DNA of 64,000 nucleotides from the NCBI GenBank assembly GCA_051000215.1, contig JBPCON010000035.1, positions 7,852 to 71,851 on the forward strand, read 5' to 3'. Below are positions 46,761-55,741 of this stretch, piece after piece (position 1 is the first letter of the stretch; each line of letters starts with the position of its first letter). A model generated the notes under the pieces. It did no database searches, was not told where the DNA came from, and saw only the letters and a list, made by a program, of their open reading frames with translations. This DNA comes from Acidimicrobiales bacterium (GTDB lineage: Bacteria > Actinomycetota > Acidimicrobiia > Acidimicrobiales > JACDCH01). A program made the translations under genes and the position numbers.

Positions 46761-47675
46761 ATGGCTGGTCGAGCAGTGCAGATCGTCGAGGTCTCGCCGC
46801 GCGACGGTCTCCAAGCCGAAGACATCGTGCTCGAGACCGACGTGAAGCTCGCCCTCATCGAGCGCGCTGTCGCCGCGGGGGTGCGCCGCATCGAGGTGTG
46901 CTCGTTCGTCAACCCGAAGCGGGTCCCACAGATGGCCGACGCCGAGGCGGTCCTCGCTGGCCTTCCGGGGGGCGCGGGGCGCGACGACGTCACCTACATA
47001 GGTCTGGTGCTCAACCGGCGCGGCTTCGAGCGCGCAGCCGAGGCCGGCATGCGCGAGATCAACGTCGTCGCGGTCACAACCGACACGTTCGCCCAACGCA
47101 ACCAGGGCACCACATCGGCCGGGACCATCGACGCGTTCGCGGAGATCGCTGCGTTGGCCACCGAGGCCGGCATCCGCCCGACGCTCACCATCTCCGCAGC
47201 GTTCGGCTGTCCCTATGAGGGCGAGGTGCCGGTCGCCCGCCTGGTCGAGGTGGCGCGCCAAGTGGTCGACGCCGGCGCAGCCGAAGTCGCGCTCGCCGAC
47301 ACCATCGGTGTCGCGGCGCCCTCTGACGTGATCGAACGCGTCGAGGCCGTGCACCCGGTCCTCGGTGGGGCGTCGTTGCGCGCCCACTTCCACAACACAC
47401 GCAACACGGGGATCGCCAACGCCTACGCAGCCGTAGAGGCCGGGGTGGCCGCGCTCGACGCCAGCTTGGGCGGGGTGGGCGGCTGCCCGTTCGCCCCCAA
47501 CGCAACGGGCAACATCGCGACCGAAGACCTTGCGTACATGCTCGACCGCATGGGGGTCGCAACGGGCCTCGACCTCGCAGCGCTCGTCGCGACTGTCCCC
47601 TGGCTCGAGGAGCAGCTCGGCATCCGCGCGCCCGGCCTCCTCGCCAAGGCCGGCCTGTTCCCCGGCTCGAGCTGA
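46761..47675 (+). CDS. hydroxymethylglutaryl-CoA lyase
   Basis: VEVSPRDGLQ, the SFVNPKRVPQMAD motif, DTIGVAAP, HFHNTRNTGIAN. Confidence 0.9.
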   Translation: MAGRAVQIVEVSPRDGLQAEDIVLETDVKLALIERAVAAGVRRIEVCSFVNPKRVPQMADAEAVLAGLPGGAGRDDVTYIGLVLNRRGFERAAEAGMREINVVAVTTDTFAQRNQGTTSAGTIDAFAEIAALATEAGIRPTLTISAAFGCPYEGEVPVARLVEVARQVVDAGAAEVALADTIGVAAPSDVIERVEAVHPVLGGASLRAHFHNTRNTGIANAYAAVEAGVAALDASLGGVGGCPFAPNATGNIATEDLAYMLDRMGVATGLDLAALVATVPWLEEQLGIRAPGLLAKAGLFPGSS

Positions 47676-47703
47676 GCCGCCCATCCGCTCGTCGTGAGCG
47701 GGG

Positions 47704-49392
47704 CTAGGACGCTGCGCCGCCGCGGAGGAGCCGGCCGGGGAGCGGTCCTGAGCTCGGCCCGACGTCGTGACCGTCGCGGCGGATGACGGTGCCGTTGACG
47801 ACCACCGCGTCGATGCCGAACGCGTCGGAGACAAGGCGCTCGGCGCCGCCGGGCTGGTCGGCAACGCGCCGCAACGGCGAGCAGCCGATGGTCGCTGCAT
47901 CGAAGACGACGACGTCGGCTGGTCGCGAGACGGCCAAGCGACCCCGGTCGGTGATGCCGAAGATGTCGGCGGTCTCGCTCGTGAGCTTGCGCACCGCCTC
48001 CTCGAGCGTGAGCGCCCGCCGCTCGCGCACCCAGCGCGAGAGGAGGTGGGTGGAGAAGCACGCGTCGCACAACTGGCTTGCGTGAGCGCCGGCATCGGAG
48101 AGCCCGAGCATGGTGTGAGGGTCCGTGAGCAGCACCTCCACCGCATCCTCGTCCCAGTTCAGCGCCGCCATGCGGAACCGAGCGGTGAGACCTGACTCGA
48201 GCGCGAGGTCGAGCACGAGATCGCTCGGGTCGACGCAGCGCTCCTCGGCGAGCTCCGCCACGTTTCGCTCCTGCAGTGATCGATCCGCGGGAAGCCACGA
48301 CACCACGGTGCGCTCCCAGCTGCCTCCGAGCACACCGGCGCGTCCCGAGGCGAGGCGCTCCTTGAGCTCGGCGCGCCATGCGGGGTCGGTGTAGATCGCA
48401 ACCTTGGCATCGTCGTCGAGTGCCGAGGAGATGGGTTGGAACGTCCGCATGCTCTCGAAGGGGAATGGCTGGGCCATCGTGAACTCGAAGTTCAGCGGCC
48501 GGCAGCTGACCTGGGGGTGCACGGGCACGCCGTCGTCGAGGATCTGCGACGAAAGGTCGAGCATGACCTTCCACATGTCGGGCCCGCCGGCGCCTGCGAG
48601 CAGCGCGGTCCACGAGATCGGCCGGCCCGTCGCCTCCGCGATGCTGCGCATCTCGTCGAAGAGCAGCCCGCGGCCGAGGGTTGCCTGCATGATCCCGCGG
48701 CCGGCTTCACCGAGCGCGCCGGCGATCGTGGCGATCTCCTCGGTGGTGCTCAGGCGGCTGGGGACAGGGCGCCCCGCATAGCCGACGTGGGTGTCGGACT
48801 TCGACGTCGCGAATCCGACGGCCCCAGCCTCGAGCGCCTCGCGCACAGCTGCGCGCATCGTCGCGATCTCCTCGGGAGTGGCCTCGCGCTCGGTCGAATC
48901 CTCGCCAAGGACGTTGAGGCGCAGCGGGGTGTGCCCGATCATGGCTGCGACGTTGATGGCCGATCCACTGGCCTCGATCGCGTCGAGGTACTCGGGGAAG
49001 GACTCGAAGCCCCAGTCGTCGCCGAGACCAGCGCGGAGGGCGGCGGCGTCCATCCCCTCGACCTTCTCGAGCGTGCGGACGATCAGGTCGCGGTGCGCGC
49101 GTTTCGTCGGCGCCACGCCGAAGCCGCAGTTGCCCATCACCACCGTCGTCACGCCATGCCACGGCGAGACGCTGAGGTCGCGGTCCCACAGGATCTGCGC
49201 GTCGTAGTGGGTGTGGATGTCGACGAAGCCTGGGCTGACGATGCGCCCCGTCGCGTCGATGCTGGCGTCCGCGTCGTCGGGCGCCGCGCCGAGGGCCACG
49301 ACCTTGCCGTCCTTGATGCCAACGTGGCCGGGGTAGCCGGCCCGGCCGGTTCCGTCGACGATGGTGCCACCGGTGATCTTGAGGTCGTACAT
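47704..49392 (-). CDS. N-acyl-D-amino-acid deacylase (D-aminoacylase) family amidohydrolase
   Basis: ITGGTIVDGTG...SPGFVDIHTHYD metal-binding motif. 562 aa. Confidence 0.85.
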   Translation of the reverse strand: MYDLKITGGTIVDGTGRAGYPGHVGIKDGKVVALGAAPDDADASIDATGRIVSPGFVDIHTHYDAQILWDRDLSVSPWHGVTTVVMGNCGFGVAPTKRAHRDLIVRTLEKVEGMDAAALRAGLGDDWGFESFPEYLDAIEASGSAINVAAMIGHTPLRLNVLGEDSTEREATPEEIATMRAAVREALEAGAVGFATSKSDTHVGYAGRPVPSRLSTTEEIATIAGALGEAGRGIMQATLGRGLLFDEMRSIAEATGRPISWTALLAGAGGPDMWKVMLDLSSQILDDGVPVHPQVSCRPLNFEFTMAQPFPFESMRTFQPISSALDDDAKVAIYTDPAWRAELKERLASGRAGVLGGSWERTVVSWLPADRSLQERNVAELAEERCVDPSDLVLDLALESGLTARFRMAALNWDEDAVEVLLTDPHTMLGLSDAGAHASQLCDACFSTHLLSRWVRERRALTLEEAVRKLTSETADIFGITDRGRLAVSRPADVVVFDAATIGCSPLRRVADQPGGAERLVSDAFGIDAVVVNGTVIRRDGHDVGPSSGPLPGRLLRGGAAS

Positions 49393-49485
49393 CAGTCGTC
49401 CCCCACCGGGAGGTCGGGCTTGCTCGCTGTCGCGGTCACCGTTCCCCCGTGCTCGAACCGTCCTCGCACCGGATGGTAGGCGTCA

Positions 49486-50139
49486 TCAGTGTTTCTGCAG
49501 CTTCAACCGCGCCTGGCAGACGCCGTCGAGCCCTGCCGCGACGAAGCCCACGATGTCGTCGAGCTCGGCTCGGCGCACCCCGGGGGCATGGCCCAGCAGT
49601 TGGATGAGCGCTGTTGTCGCCGTTCGCCACTGCTTGAGCACGTACGCCTTCGACAAGCCGGGGTACAGGCTCGCGACGACCCGCTCGAAGCGCACCTCGG
49701 GGCTGTCGGGACCGAAGCCGACCTGTTCGATGCGCTCGTCGCGCACCAGCACCATCTCGCCCACGATCTGCAACCAACGCCGCCCGGTCGTCGCGTCGAG
49801 CGCGAGCAGCTCGATGAACGGTTCGGCGAGCGCTGAAACCACAGCGAGCGCATCGGCGTGGTCTGCCAACTCGATGTCCGCGAGCAGCTGCGCGCTCCGC
49901 GCCTGCACCGCGGCACCCCGGCGCGCGATGACTGCCGCGATCAGCCGATCCTTCGAGCCGAAGTGGTAGTGAACCGCTGCTGGCGCGAGCCCCGCGGCAG
50001 CGTTGATCGAGCGGATCGAGGCACCTTCGACCCCGAGCTCGGCAAAGAGCTCTTCCGCAGCGTCCATGAGCTGGTGACGCGTCTCGATGCCATCGCTGCG
50101 CTTGGCTTCGCCTTGTCGCCCCCTGATCGTGTGTGCCAT
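49486..50139 (-). CDS. TetR/AcrR-family transcriptional regulator
   Basis: The HTH TRHQLMDAAEELFAELGVEGASIRSINAAAGLAPAAVHYHFGSKDRL is near the N-terminus. Start ATG 50139 was chosen; alternatives lie up to 50178. Confidence 0.85.
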   Translation of the reverse strand: MAHTIRGRQGEAKRSDGIETRHQLMDAAEELFAELGVEGASIRSINAAAGLAPAAVHYHFGSKDRLIAAVIARRGAAVQARSAQLLADIELADHADALAVVSALAEPFIELLALDATTGRRWLQIVGEMVLVRDERIEQVGFGPDSPEVRFERVVASLYPGLSKAYVLKQWRTATTALIQLLGHAPGVRRAELDDIVGFVAAGLDGVCQARLKLQKH

Positions 50140-50184
50140 CTCGAAAGGATGCATCGACTGGGAGCAGAAGTCGAGCATCTACTT

Positions 50185-50198
50185 CGATCAACTGATCG
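50185..50198. promoter_or_regulatory. candidate TetR operator palindrome in the divergent TetR/LLM intergenic region
   Basis: CGATCA-AC-TGATCG perfect inverted repeat. A second inverted repeat, TCGACT-N9-AGTCGA, lies just upstream (about 50154-50174). Confidence 0.35.
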
Positions 50199-50233
50199 TT
50201 GCACTCGATCGGGAGGTGGCGTATGGTCCCGCC

Positions 50234-51442
50234 ATGGAGTTCGGGATATTCATGCAGGGCTACGTCCCTGGTCCGGCGGCCCACGACACCGAGAGCGAGC
50301 ACGCAGCGCTTCACGACGAGGTCGATCTCGCCATCCACGCCGACAAGAACGGATGGAAGTACGCGTGGGTCACCGAGCACCACGCGCTCACCGAGTACAG
50401 CCACATCTCCTCGAGCGAGGTGTTCCTCGGCTACCTGGCGCACGCCACCGAGCGCATCCACCTCGGCTCGGGCATCTTCAACATGAGCCCCCGGGTCAAC
50501 CACCCTGTCCGCAACGCCGAGCGCATCACCATGCTCGACCACTTGAGCAACGGACGCTTCGAGCTGGGCACGGGCCGAGGCGCGGGCAGCCACGAGATCG
50601 CAACGTTCAACATCAAGGACTCGGGCTCGACGCGAAGCGAGTGGGACGAGGTCATCAAGGAGCTCCCCCGCATGTGGGAGGAGCGCGACTACACGTTCCA
50701 GGGTGAGCACTTCAGCCTCGACACGCCGCACAACATCCTGCCGAAGCCATACGGCAAGGGGCACCCGCCGATCTGGGTTGCGTGCGGCAGCCCGCCGACG
50801 TTCGCCAAGGCGGGAACGCTGGGCATCGGTGCCCTTGGCTTCAACTTCTCGCCGATCTACTCGCTGCAGCCCCAGATCGACTCCTACAAGGAGGGCATCG
50901 CAGGGTGCACGGAGCCGCTCGGGCAGTTCGTGAACGACAACGTGATGGTCACCAACGCCGTCGTGTGCATGGAAGACCGCGAGCACGCTCGTGCGATCGT
51001 GCTCCGCGAGTGCCGCGACTACCTCACGACGCTCGTGTGCCTCTACCACGACACGATCCCCAAGCCCGACCACGCGCGGGTCTGGCCCGAGCCTCCCCGT
51101 GGGCTCGACGAGTCGACGATCGATTGGGCGATCGAGAACGGCAGCTTGCTGTGTGGCAACCCAGAGGAGGTCTGCCACCAGCTCGAGGCCTACGCCAAGG
51201 TCGGCGTCGACCAACTCGTGTTCGGCGTCCCCGGCGACATGGTCAGCCACGACGAAGCCATCGAGAACCTCGAGACGTTTGGACAGCAGGTGATCCCCGA
51301 GTTCGACAAGGACCCGGTGCACCGCACGACGCGCATGCGCGAGACCGCCGTCCCCAAGTACAAGCCGTTCAACGCCGAGCCGCCCGCGATCGAGACGGTC
51401 TACGACCGGGCCCGGGTTGTCGCCAGGGATGTCCGCCTGTAG
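50234..51442 (+). CDS. LLM-class (luciferase-like) flavin/F420-dependent oxidoreductase
   Basis: MEFGIFMQG...YAWVTEHH...LSNGRFELGTGRG...FGQQVIPEF. Confidence 0.85.
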   Translation: MEFGIFMQGYVPGPAAHDTESEHAALHDEVDLAIHADKNGWKYAWVTEHHALTEYSHISSSEVFLGYLAHATERIHLGSGIFNMSPRVNHPVRNAERITMLDHLSNGRFELGTGRGAGSHEIATFNIKDSGSTRSEWDEVIKELPRMWEERDYTFQGEHFSLDTPHNILPKPYGKGHPPIWVACGSPPTFAKAGTLGIGALGFNFSPIYSLQPQIDSYKEGIAGCTEPLGQFVNDNVMVTNAVVCMEDREHARAIVLRECRDYLTTLVCLYHDTIPKPDHARVWPEPPRGLDESTIDWAIENGSLLCGNPEEVCHQLEAYAKVGVDQLVFGVPGDMVSHDEAIENLETFGQQVIPEFDKDPVHRTTRMRETAVPKYKPFNAEPPAIETVYDRARVVARDVRL

Positions 51443-51504
51443 AAAGCAGGGCATACCGAGAACGTCGAGTGTCGATACGCGCCGCGGGCGCGAGGAGGGT
51501 GGAG

Positions 51505-53133
51505 ATGCGCGCAGCGCTTCGTGATCCGGAGATCCTGCATCGGCGCCGCTGGCTCACGCTGCTCGTGCTGTGCATCAGCCTCATCGTCATCACGCTCGAC
51601 AACACGATCCTCAACGTCGCGCTGCCGACGTTGGCCAAGCCACTGGCTCAGGGCGGGTTGGCGGCGTCGTCGAGCCAGCTCCAGTGGACCGTCGACGCCT
51701 ACACGATCGTGTTCGCCGGGCTGCTGCTCACGGCAGGGAGCTTGGGGGATCGTTTCGGGCGCTACCGAGGCCTCGCCATCGGGCTCACGATCTTCGGCAT
51801 CGGCTCCCTGGCCTCGTCCTTCGCTGGCTCGGCCAACGTGTTGATCGCCACTCGAGCGCTCATGGGCGTCGGCGGCGCGTTCATCATGCCGTCGACCCTG
51901 TCGATCCTCACCAACGTCTTCACCGATCCGGCCGAGCGCGGCAAGGCGATCGGCATCTGGGCTGGCGTGTCGGCGCTCGGCATCGGTCTGGGCCCCATCA
52001 GCGGCGGGACCTTGCTGAGCCACTTCTGGTGGGGCTCGGTGTTCCTCGTCAACGTGCCGATCGTGATCGCGGGTCTCGTGCTCGGCTTCTTGCTCGTCCC
52101 CGAGTCACGCGATCCCTCGAAGCCCCGGCTCGACCCTCTCGGAGCCGCGCTCTCGATCGGAGGTTTGACCGCGGTGCTGTGGGCGGTCATCGAGGCACCG
52201 TCGCACGGTTGGAGCTCTGTCGAGGTTCTCCTTGCGTTCGTCGTTGGCGCGGTCATCCTCGGCTCGTTCTTCGCGTGGGAGCTGCACACCGATCACCCGA
52301 TGCTCGACATGCACTTCTTCGAGAACCCTCGCTTCACCGCAGCGAGCGGCGCGATCACCCTGACGTTCTTCGCGCTCTTCGGAACGCTGTTCCTGCTGAC
52401 CCAATACCTGCAGTCGGTGCTCGACTACTCGACCGTCGAGGCCGGCGCCGTGCTGTTGCCCCAAGCCGCAACGCTGATGGTGTGCGCGCCGCTGTCGAAC
52501 GTGTGGGTGCAACGCTTCGGCAACAAGCGCGTCGTGACGACCGGGCTTCTCATCGTCTCGGCTTCGCTTTTCGGGTTTCTCCTCTTCACGCCAGAGAGCA
52601 GCGTGCTCACCGTCATCAGCGTCTCGATGGTCATGGGCATCGGGATGGCCAACATCATGGCTCCCGCGACCGACTCCATCATGGGGTCGTTGCCCCGGGC
52701 GAAGGCCGGTGTCGGCTCGGCGGTCAACGACACGACGCGCCAGGTCGGCGGAGCCGTCGGGGTCGCTGTGCTCGGCTCGCTCCTGTCGAGCCGCTACAGC
52801 AGCGCGGTCACCGACAAGCTCGGCGCGGGGTTCGACGCGAAGCTCCTCGGCCCCGTGAAGCAGGGGGTTGGCCAAGCCGTCGGCATCGGGCGTTCGGTGC
52901 CAGGAGGCGACGCCATCGTCGACGCTGCTCGCGAGGCCTTCGTCGGGGGCATGCACGTCGCTGCCGTCGTTGCGGCGTGCGTGACGCTGATCGCCGCCGC
53001 CGGTGTTGCGAAGTGGCTGCCCGCAAGGCCCCGCGACGACGAGATCGTCAACGCCGTGCGAGGCGAGGCGCCGCCGAGCACCCCCACTGGCGAGCCCGCT
53101 GCAGGGGAGCTCGTGGGCGAGCCCGCGAGCTGA
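51505..53133 (+). CDS. MFS transporter, DHA2 (EmrB/QacA-like, 14-TMS) drug:H+ antiporter family
   Basis: LDNTILNVALPT, WTVDAYTIVFAGLLLTAGSLGDRFGR motif, about 14 hydrophobic segments. Confidence 0.88.
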   Translation: MRAALRDPEILHRRRWLTLLVLCISLIVITLDNTILNVALPTLAKPLAQGGLAASSSQLQWTVDAYTIVFAGLLLTAGSLGDRFGRYRGLAIGLTIFGIGSLASSFAGSANVLIATRALMGVGGAFIMPSTLSILTNVFTDPAERGKAIGIWAGVSALGIGLGPISGGTLLSHFWWGSVFLVNVPIVIAGLVLGFLLVPESRDPSKPRLDPLGAALSIGGLTAVLWAVIEAPSHGWSSVEVLLAFVVGAVILGSFFAWELHTDHPMLDMHFFENPRFTAASGAITLTFFALFGTLFLLTQYLQSVLDYSTVEAGAVLLPQAATLMVCAPLSNVWVQRFGNKRVVTTGLLIVSASLFGFLLFTPESSVLTVISVSMVMGIGMANIMAPATDSIMGSLPRAKAGVGSAVNDTTRQVGGAVGVAVLGSLLSSRYSSAVTDKLGAGFDAKLLGPVKQGVGQAVGIGRSVPGGDAIVDAAREAFVGGMHVAAVVAACVTLIAAAGVAKWLPARPRDDEIVNAVRGEAPPSTPTGEPAAGELVGEPAS

Positions 53134-53141
53134 CGAAAGGC

Positions 53142-54413
53142 TCAGGCTGGTTCGAGGGCGAGTGGGTCCTCGGCGAGGGCTGAGGGGAGAGGCGCGACAG
53201 GCAGTCGGCGGCCCGCGATGACCCCGATGCCGGCGGCCACGAGGCAGGCGACGCCGCCGAGTGCGGTGCCAACCCGCGCGCCCCAGACATCACACACCGC
53301 GCCGAGCAGGGGGCCGCCGATCGGGGTCGAGCCGAGGAAGACCATGGCTTGAAGCGCCAACACCCGTCCTCGCATCTCCGGCGCGGCACGAACCTGCACG
53401 ATGGCTGTCGCGGCGGTGAGGAACGCGATGCTCGTCACCCCGACGAAGACCGAGACCGGGAAGGCCAAGGCCAACGACGGCACGGCCGCGAGCGTCAGCA
53501 TCGCCGCGCCGAAGCCGACGGATGCGACGACCAGGTCGTGCACGTGGATCGCTTTGCGACGCGCCGTGGCCAACGCCCCGATCAGCGAGCCGATGCTGAT
53601 CACCGAGAACAAGAGCGTGAACGTGCCGTCGTCACCGTTGAAGGTGCGCTCGACGAACAGGGGCATCACGACGGAGAAGTTGAAGGCGAGGGTGCCGATG
53701 ACCGCCATCATCACGAGAGGGATCCAGAGGTCAGGCACGGTGCGGACGTAGCGCAAGCCCTCGCGCACCTGCCCTCTGTGACGCGGGGTGACCGGAGGAC
53801 GGCGCAGCTTCGTCGGGTCGATCAGCCAGAGGCACACGAGCACCGCGATGTAGGAGAGGCCGTCGACGGTGAAGCACCAACCGAAGCCCACCGTGTGGGC
53901 CAGCAGACCTGCCAGCGCCGGGCCGAAGATGCGCGAGCTCGTCATCTGCGCGCTGTTGAGGCTCACTGCGTTCTGCATGTCCTCTTCTTCGACCATCTCG
54001 ACGACGAACGCTCTTCGCGCCGGGTTGTCGAACGCGAGCGTGCACCCGCCAGCCACAGCGACGGCGTAGATCGCCCAGACAGGCGGGTCGCCAGTGAAGG
54101 CGAGCGCTGCCATCGCGAACGACTGCGCCATGGCAAAGGTCTGCACGATGAGAAGCAGACGCCTCTTGTCCGAGCGGTCGGCTACGAGACCTGCCCACGC
54201 GCCGAAGAGGAGCACAGGGGCGAACTGGCACGCCGCCAGCACGCCGACGGCGACGCCGTTGCCGGTGAGGTGCAGCACCAGCAACGTCTGGGCCACCAAC
54301 GTGAGCCAGTTCCCTATTTGAGAGATGAGCTGCCCGCCGAAGAAGAGCCGAAAGTTCCTGGTGCCGAGCGAGCGGAACGTCTCCCTCGTCGCGCCCTTGA
54401 ACCGATCGACCAT
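53142..54413 (-). CDS. MFS transporter (MFS_3 / EntS-like)
   Basis: About 12 TM segments. GLVADRSDKRRLL is the loop 2-3 motif. Confidence 0.85.
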   Translation of the reverse strand: MVDRFKGATRETFRSLGTRNFRLFFGGQLISQIGNWLTLVAQTLLVLHLTGNGVAVGVLAACQFAPVLLFGAWAGLVADRSDKRRLLLIVQTFAMAQSFAMAALAFTGDPPVWAIYAVAVAGGCTLAFDNPARRAFVVEMVEEEDMQNAVSLNSAQMTSSRIFGPALAGLLAHTVGFGWCFTVDGLSYIAVLVCLWLIDPTKLRRPPVTPRHRGQVREGLRYVRTVPDLWIPLVMMAVIGTLAFNFSVVMPLFVERTFNGDDGTFTLLFSVISIGSLIGALATARRKAIHVHDLVVASVGFGAAMLTLAAVPSLALAFPVSVFVGVTSIAFLTAATAIVQVRAAPEMRGRVLALQAMVFLGSTPIGGPLLGAVCDVWGARVGTALGGVACLVAAGIGVIAGRRLPVAPLPSALAEDPLALEPA

Positions 54414-54417
54414 GACG

Positions 54418-54438
54418 ATAGGTTACCAAGTTACCTAT
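54418..54438. promoter_or_regulatory. AT-rich imperfect palindrome immediately upstream of the MFS gene start
   Basis: ATAGGTTACCAAGTTACCTAT: arms ATAGGT/ACCTAT are perfect, with an inner GGTTACC/AGTTACC direct repeat. It lies 5 nt from the start codon (minus strand). Confidence 0.35.
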
Positions 54439-54457
54439 ATTCTGCACCCGGCGCGGG

Positions 54458-55693
54458 CTATCCCGAAGTAGTGAGCACAGCCCAGGCATCGCCGAAGAGA
54501 TCGCCGACGGCGTCAGGACTCGCGGCGCGCTGGACAACGTCGATGGCCCGCTGGCCTTCCTCGGCGACGGCGTGGCGCGCAGCTTGTTCGAGCTCGACGG
54601 CTTCGTCCCAGGGGCCCGAAGGAGCAAACCGTTCGAGATCGTCGATCGCGTAGTTCAGATGCGAGACGGCGTGTTGGGCGGCGTCGACAGGGGCCTCGAC
54701 CGTGCTGGCCCAGGCATCGTCGACGACACCGATCGTTCGCTCGCTCGGCGAAGGTGGCGCCACCACGAGCAGGTCGTCGCGCTGCACGACGACAGCGGCG
54801 AGGTTGGCCAGTGCCAGCGTTTCGTCGTCGAAGTACTCCCCGTGACCGACAGCGGTACCCGTCGCCAGGCGCGTCGCGCCGAACCGCGGATCGCTCGGGT
54901 CGCGGCCGAAGGCTTCGCTGAGGGCGACGGGATCGAACGGCGCTCGCTCGGCATACACGTGCACATCCGGCGCGGCCAGCTCGGTCACGTTCTCGGCCTG
55001 CACCCCAGGGCTGCCGACGAGCACGACGTCATCGACGCGCATCCCCGAGCGAAGGCCGTTTGCGGCGACGAGAGACCCATAGCTGTGGGCCACGACGGTC
55101 ACCGATGCGTCATCGCGAAGGGGCAGGTTCGCCACGAAGCTCGAAAGCGCCATGCCGCCGGCAGCCGCATCGTCGTCCAGCAGCACGTCGAGTGGCCCCG
55201 GGGCGTCGTAGCCGAGCCAGGCGACGACGGCGACGTCGTCTCGCCCGTCGAGCGCACGCGCCGCGTCGAAGAGCCGACGAGCGCGGGGCACAAGCGTGGC
55301 TGCTTCGTTTGCAACGGTCGTCCCCATGCCGGGTACGACGATGGCGATGTGAGTGGCTCGTTCGAGGTCGCCGAAGACCTCGATGGCGTTCGTATGACCG
55401 CCGGCTTCGGTGAGCACGCGTGGCTCCGCGGTGCTCGCGGATGCGCCGGCGCGCTCGAACGCGACTCCGACCGCCGCGGCCCAGGAGTCGAGCGAAGCGC
55501 CGGTTCGCTCGTGGCAGCGGATGGCTGCGGCGAGCTCTCGCAAGGCGGTCTCGGCCGGGAGTCCCGAGAGGGTCATGGCGTCGGCCGCGTCCTCCAGCCG
55601 GCTGCTCGCCATGGTGAGCCGCGCCCCGCGATCAGGGCTGCTGCGGCCGATGGCGGCCAGGTGCTCGGGTACTGCCGCACAGCGCACGGTCAT
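54458..55693 (-). CDS. DUF1023-type alpha/beta hydrolase with helical N- and C-terminal extensions
   Basis: Core THIAIVVPGMGT...VAWLGYDAP...TVVAHSYGSLVA (nucleophile elbow)...VLVGSPG. About 100-aa helical N-terminal region. Confidence 0.8.
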   Translation of the reverse strand: MTVRCAAVPEHLAAIGRSSPDRGARLTMASSRLEDAADAMTLSGLPAETALRELAAAIRCHERTGASLDSWAAAVGVAFERAGASASTAEPRVLTEAGGHTNAIEVFGDLERATHIAIVVPGMGTTVANEAATLVPRARRLFDAARALDGRDDVAVVAWLGYDAPGPLDVLLDDDAAAGGMALSSFVANLPLRDDASVTVVAHSYGSLVAANGLRSGMRVDDVVLVGSPGVQAENVTELAAPDVHVYAERAPFDPVALSEAFGRDPSDPRFGATRLATGTAVGHGEYFDDETLALANLAAVVVQRDDLLVVAPPSPSERTIGVVDDAWASTVEAPVDAAQHAVSHLNYAIDDLERFAPSGPWDEAVELEQAARHAVAEEGQRAIDVVQRAASPDAVGDLFGDAWAVLTTSG

Positions 55694-55741
55694 CTCGTCT
55701 CCCCTGTTTCGGCCGGCTGTTGTCTCCTATCATGCAGTTCC

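Noticed and set aside
54572-55741. The first ~390 codons of the 1791-aa ORF 54572..59947, which would extend the T7SS ATPase upstream.
   Set aside because: This stretch is antisense to the well-supported DUF1023 hydrolase gene and has Arg/Gly/Val-rich non-protein-like composition. The recognisable protein begins at ATG 55742. Open antisense frames are expected in DNA this GC-rich.
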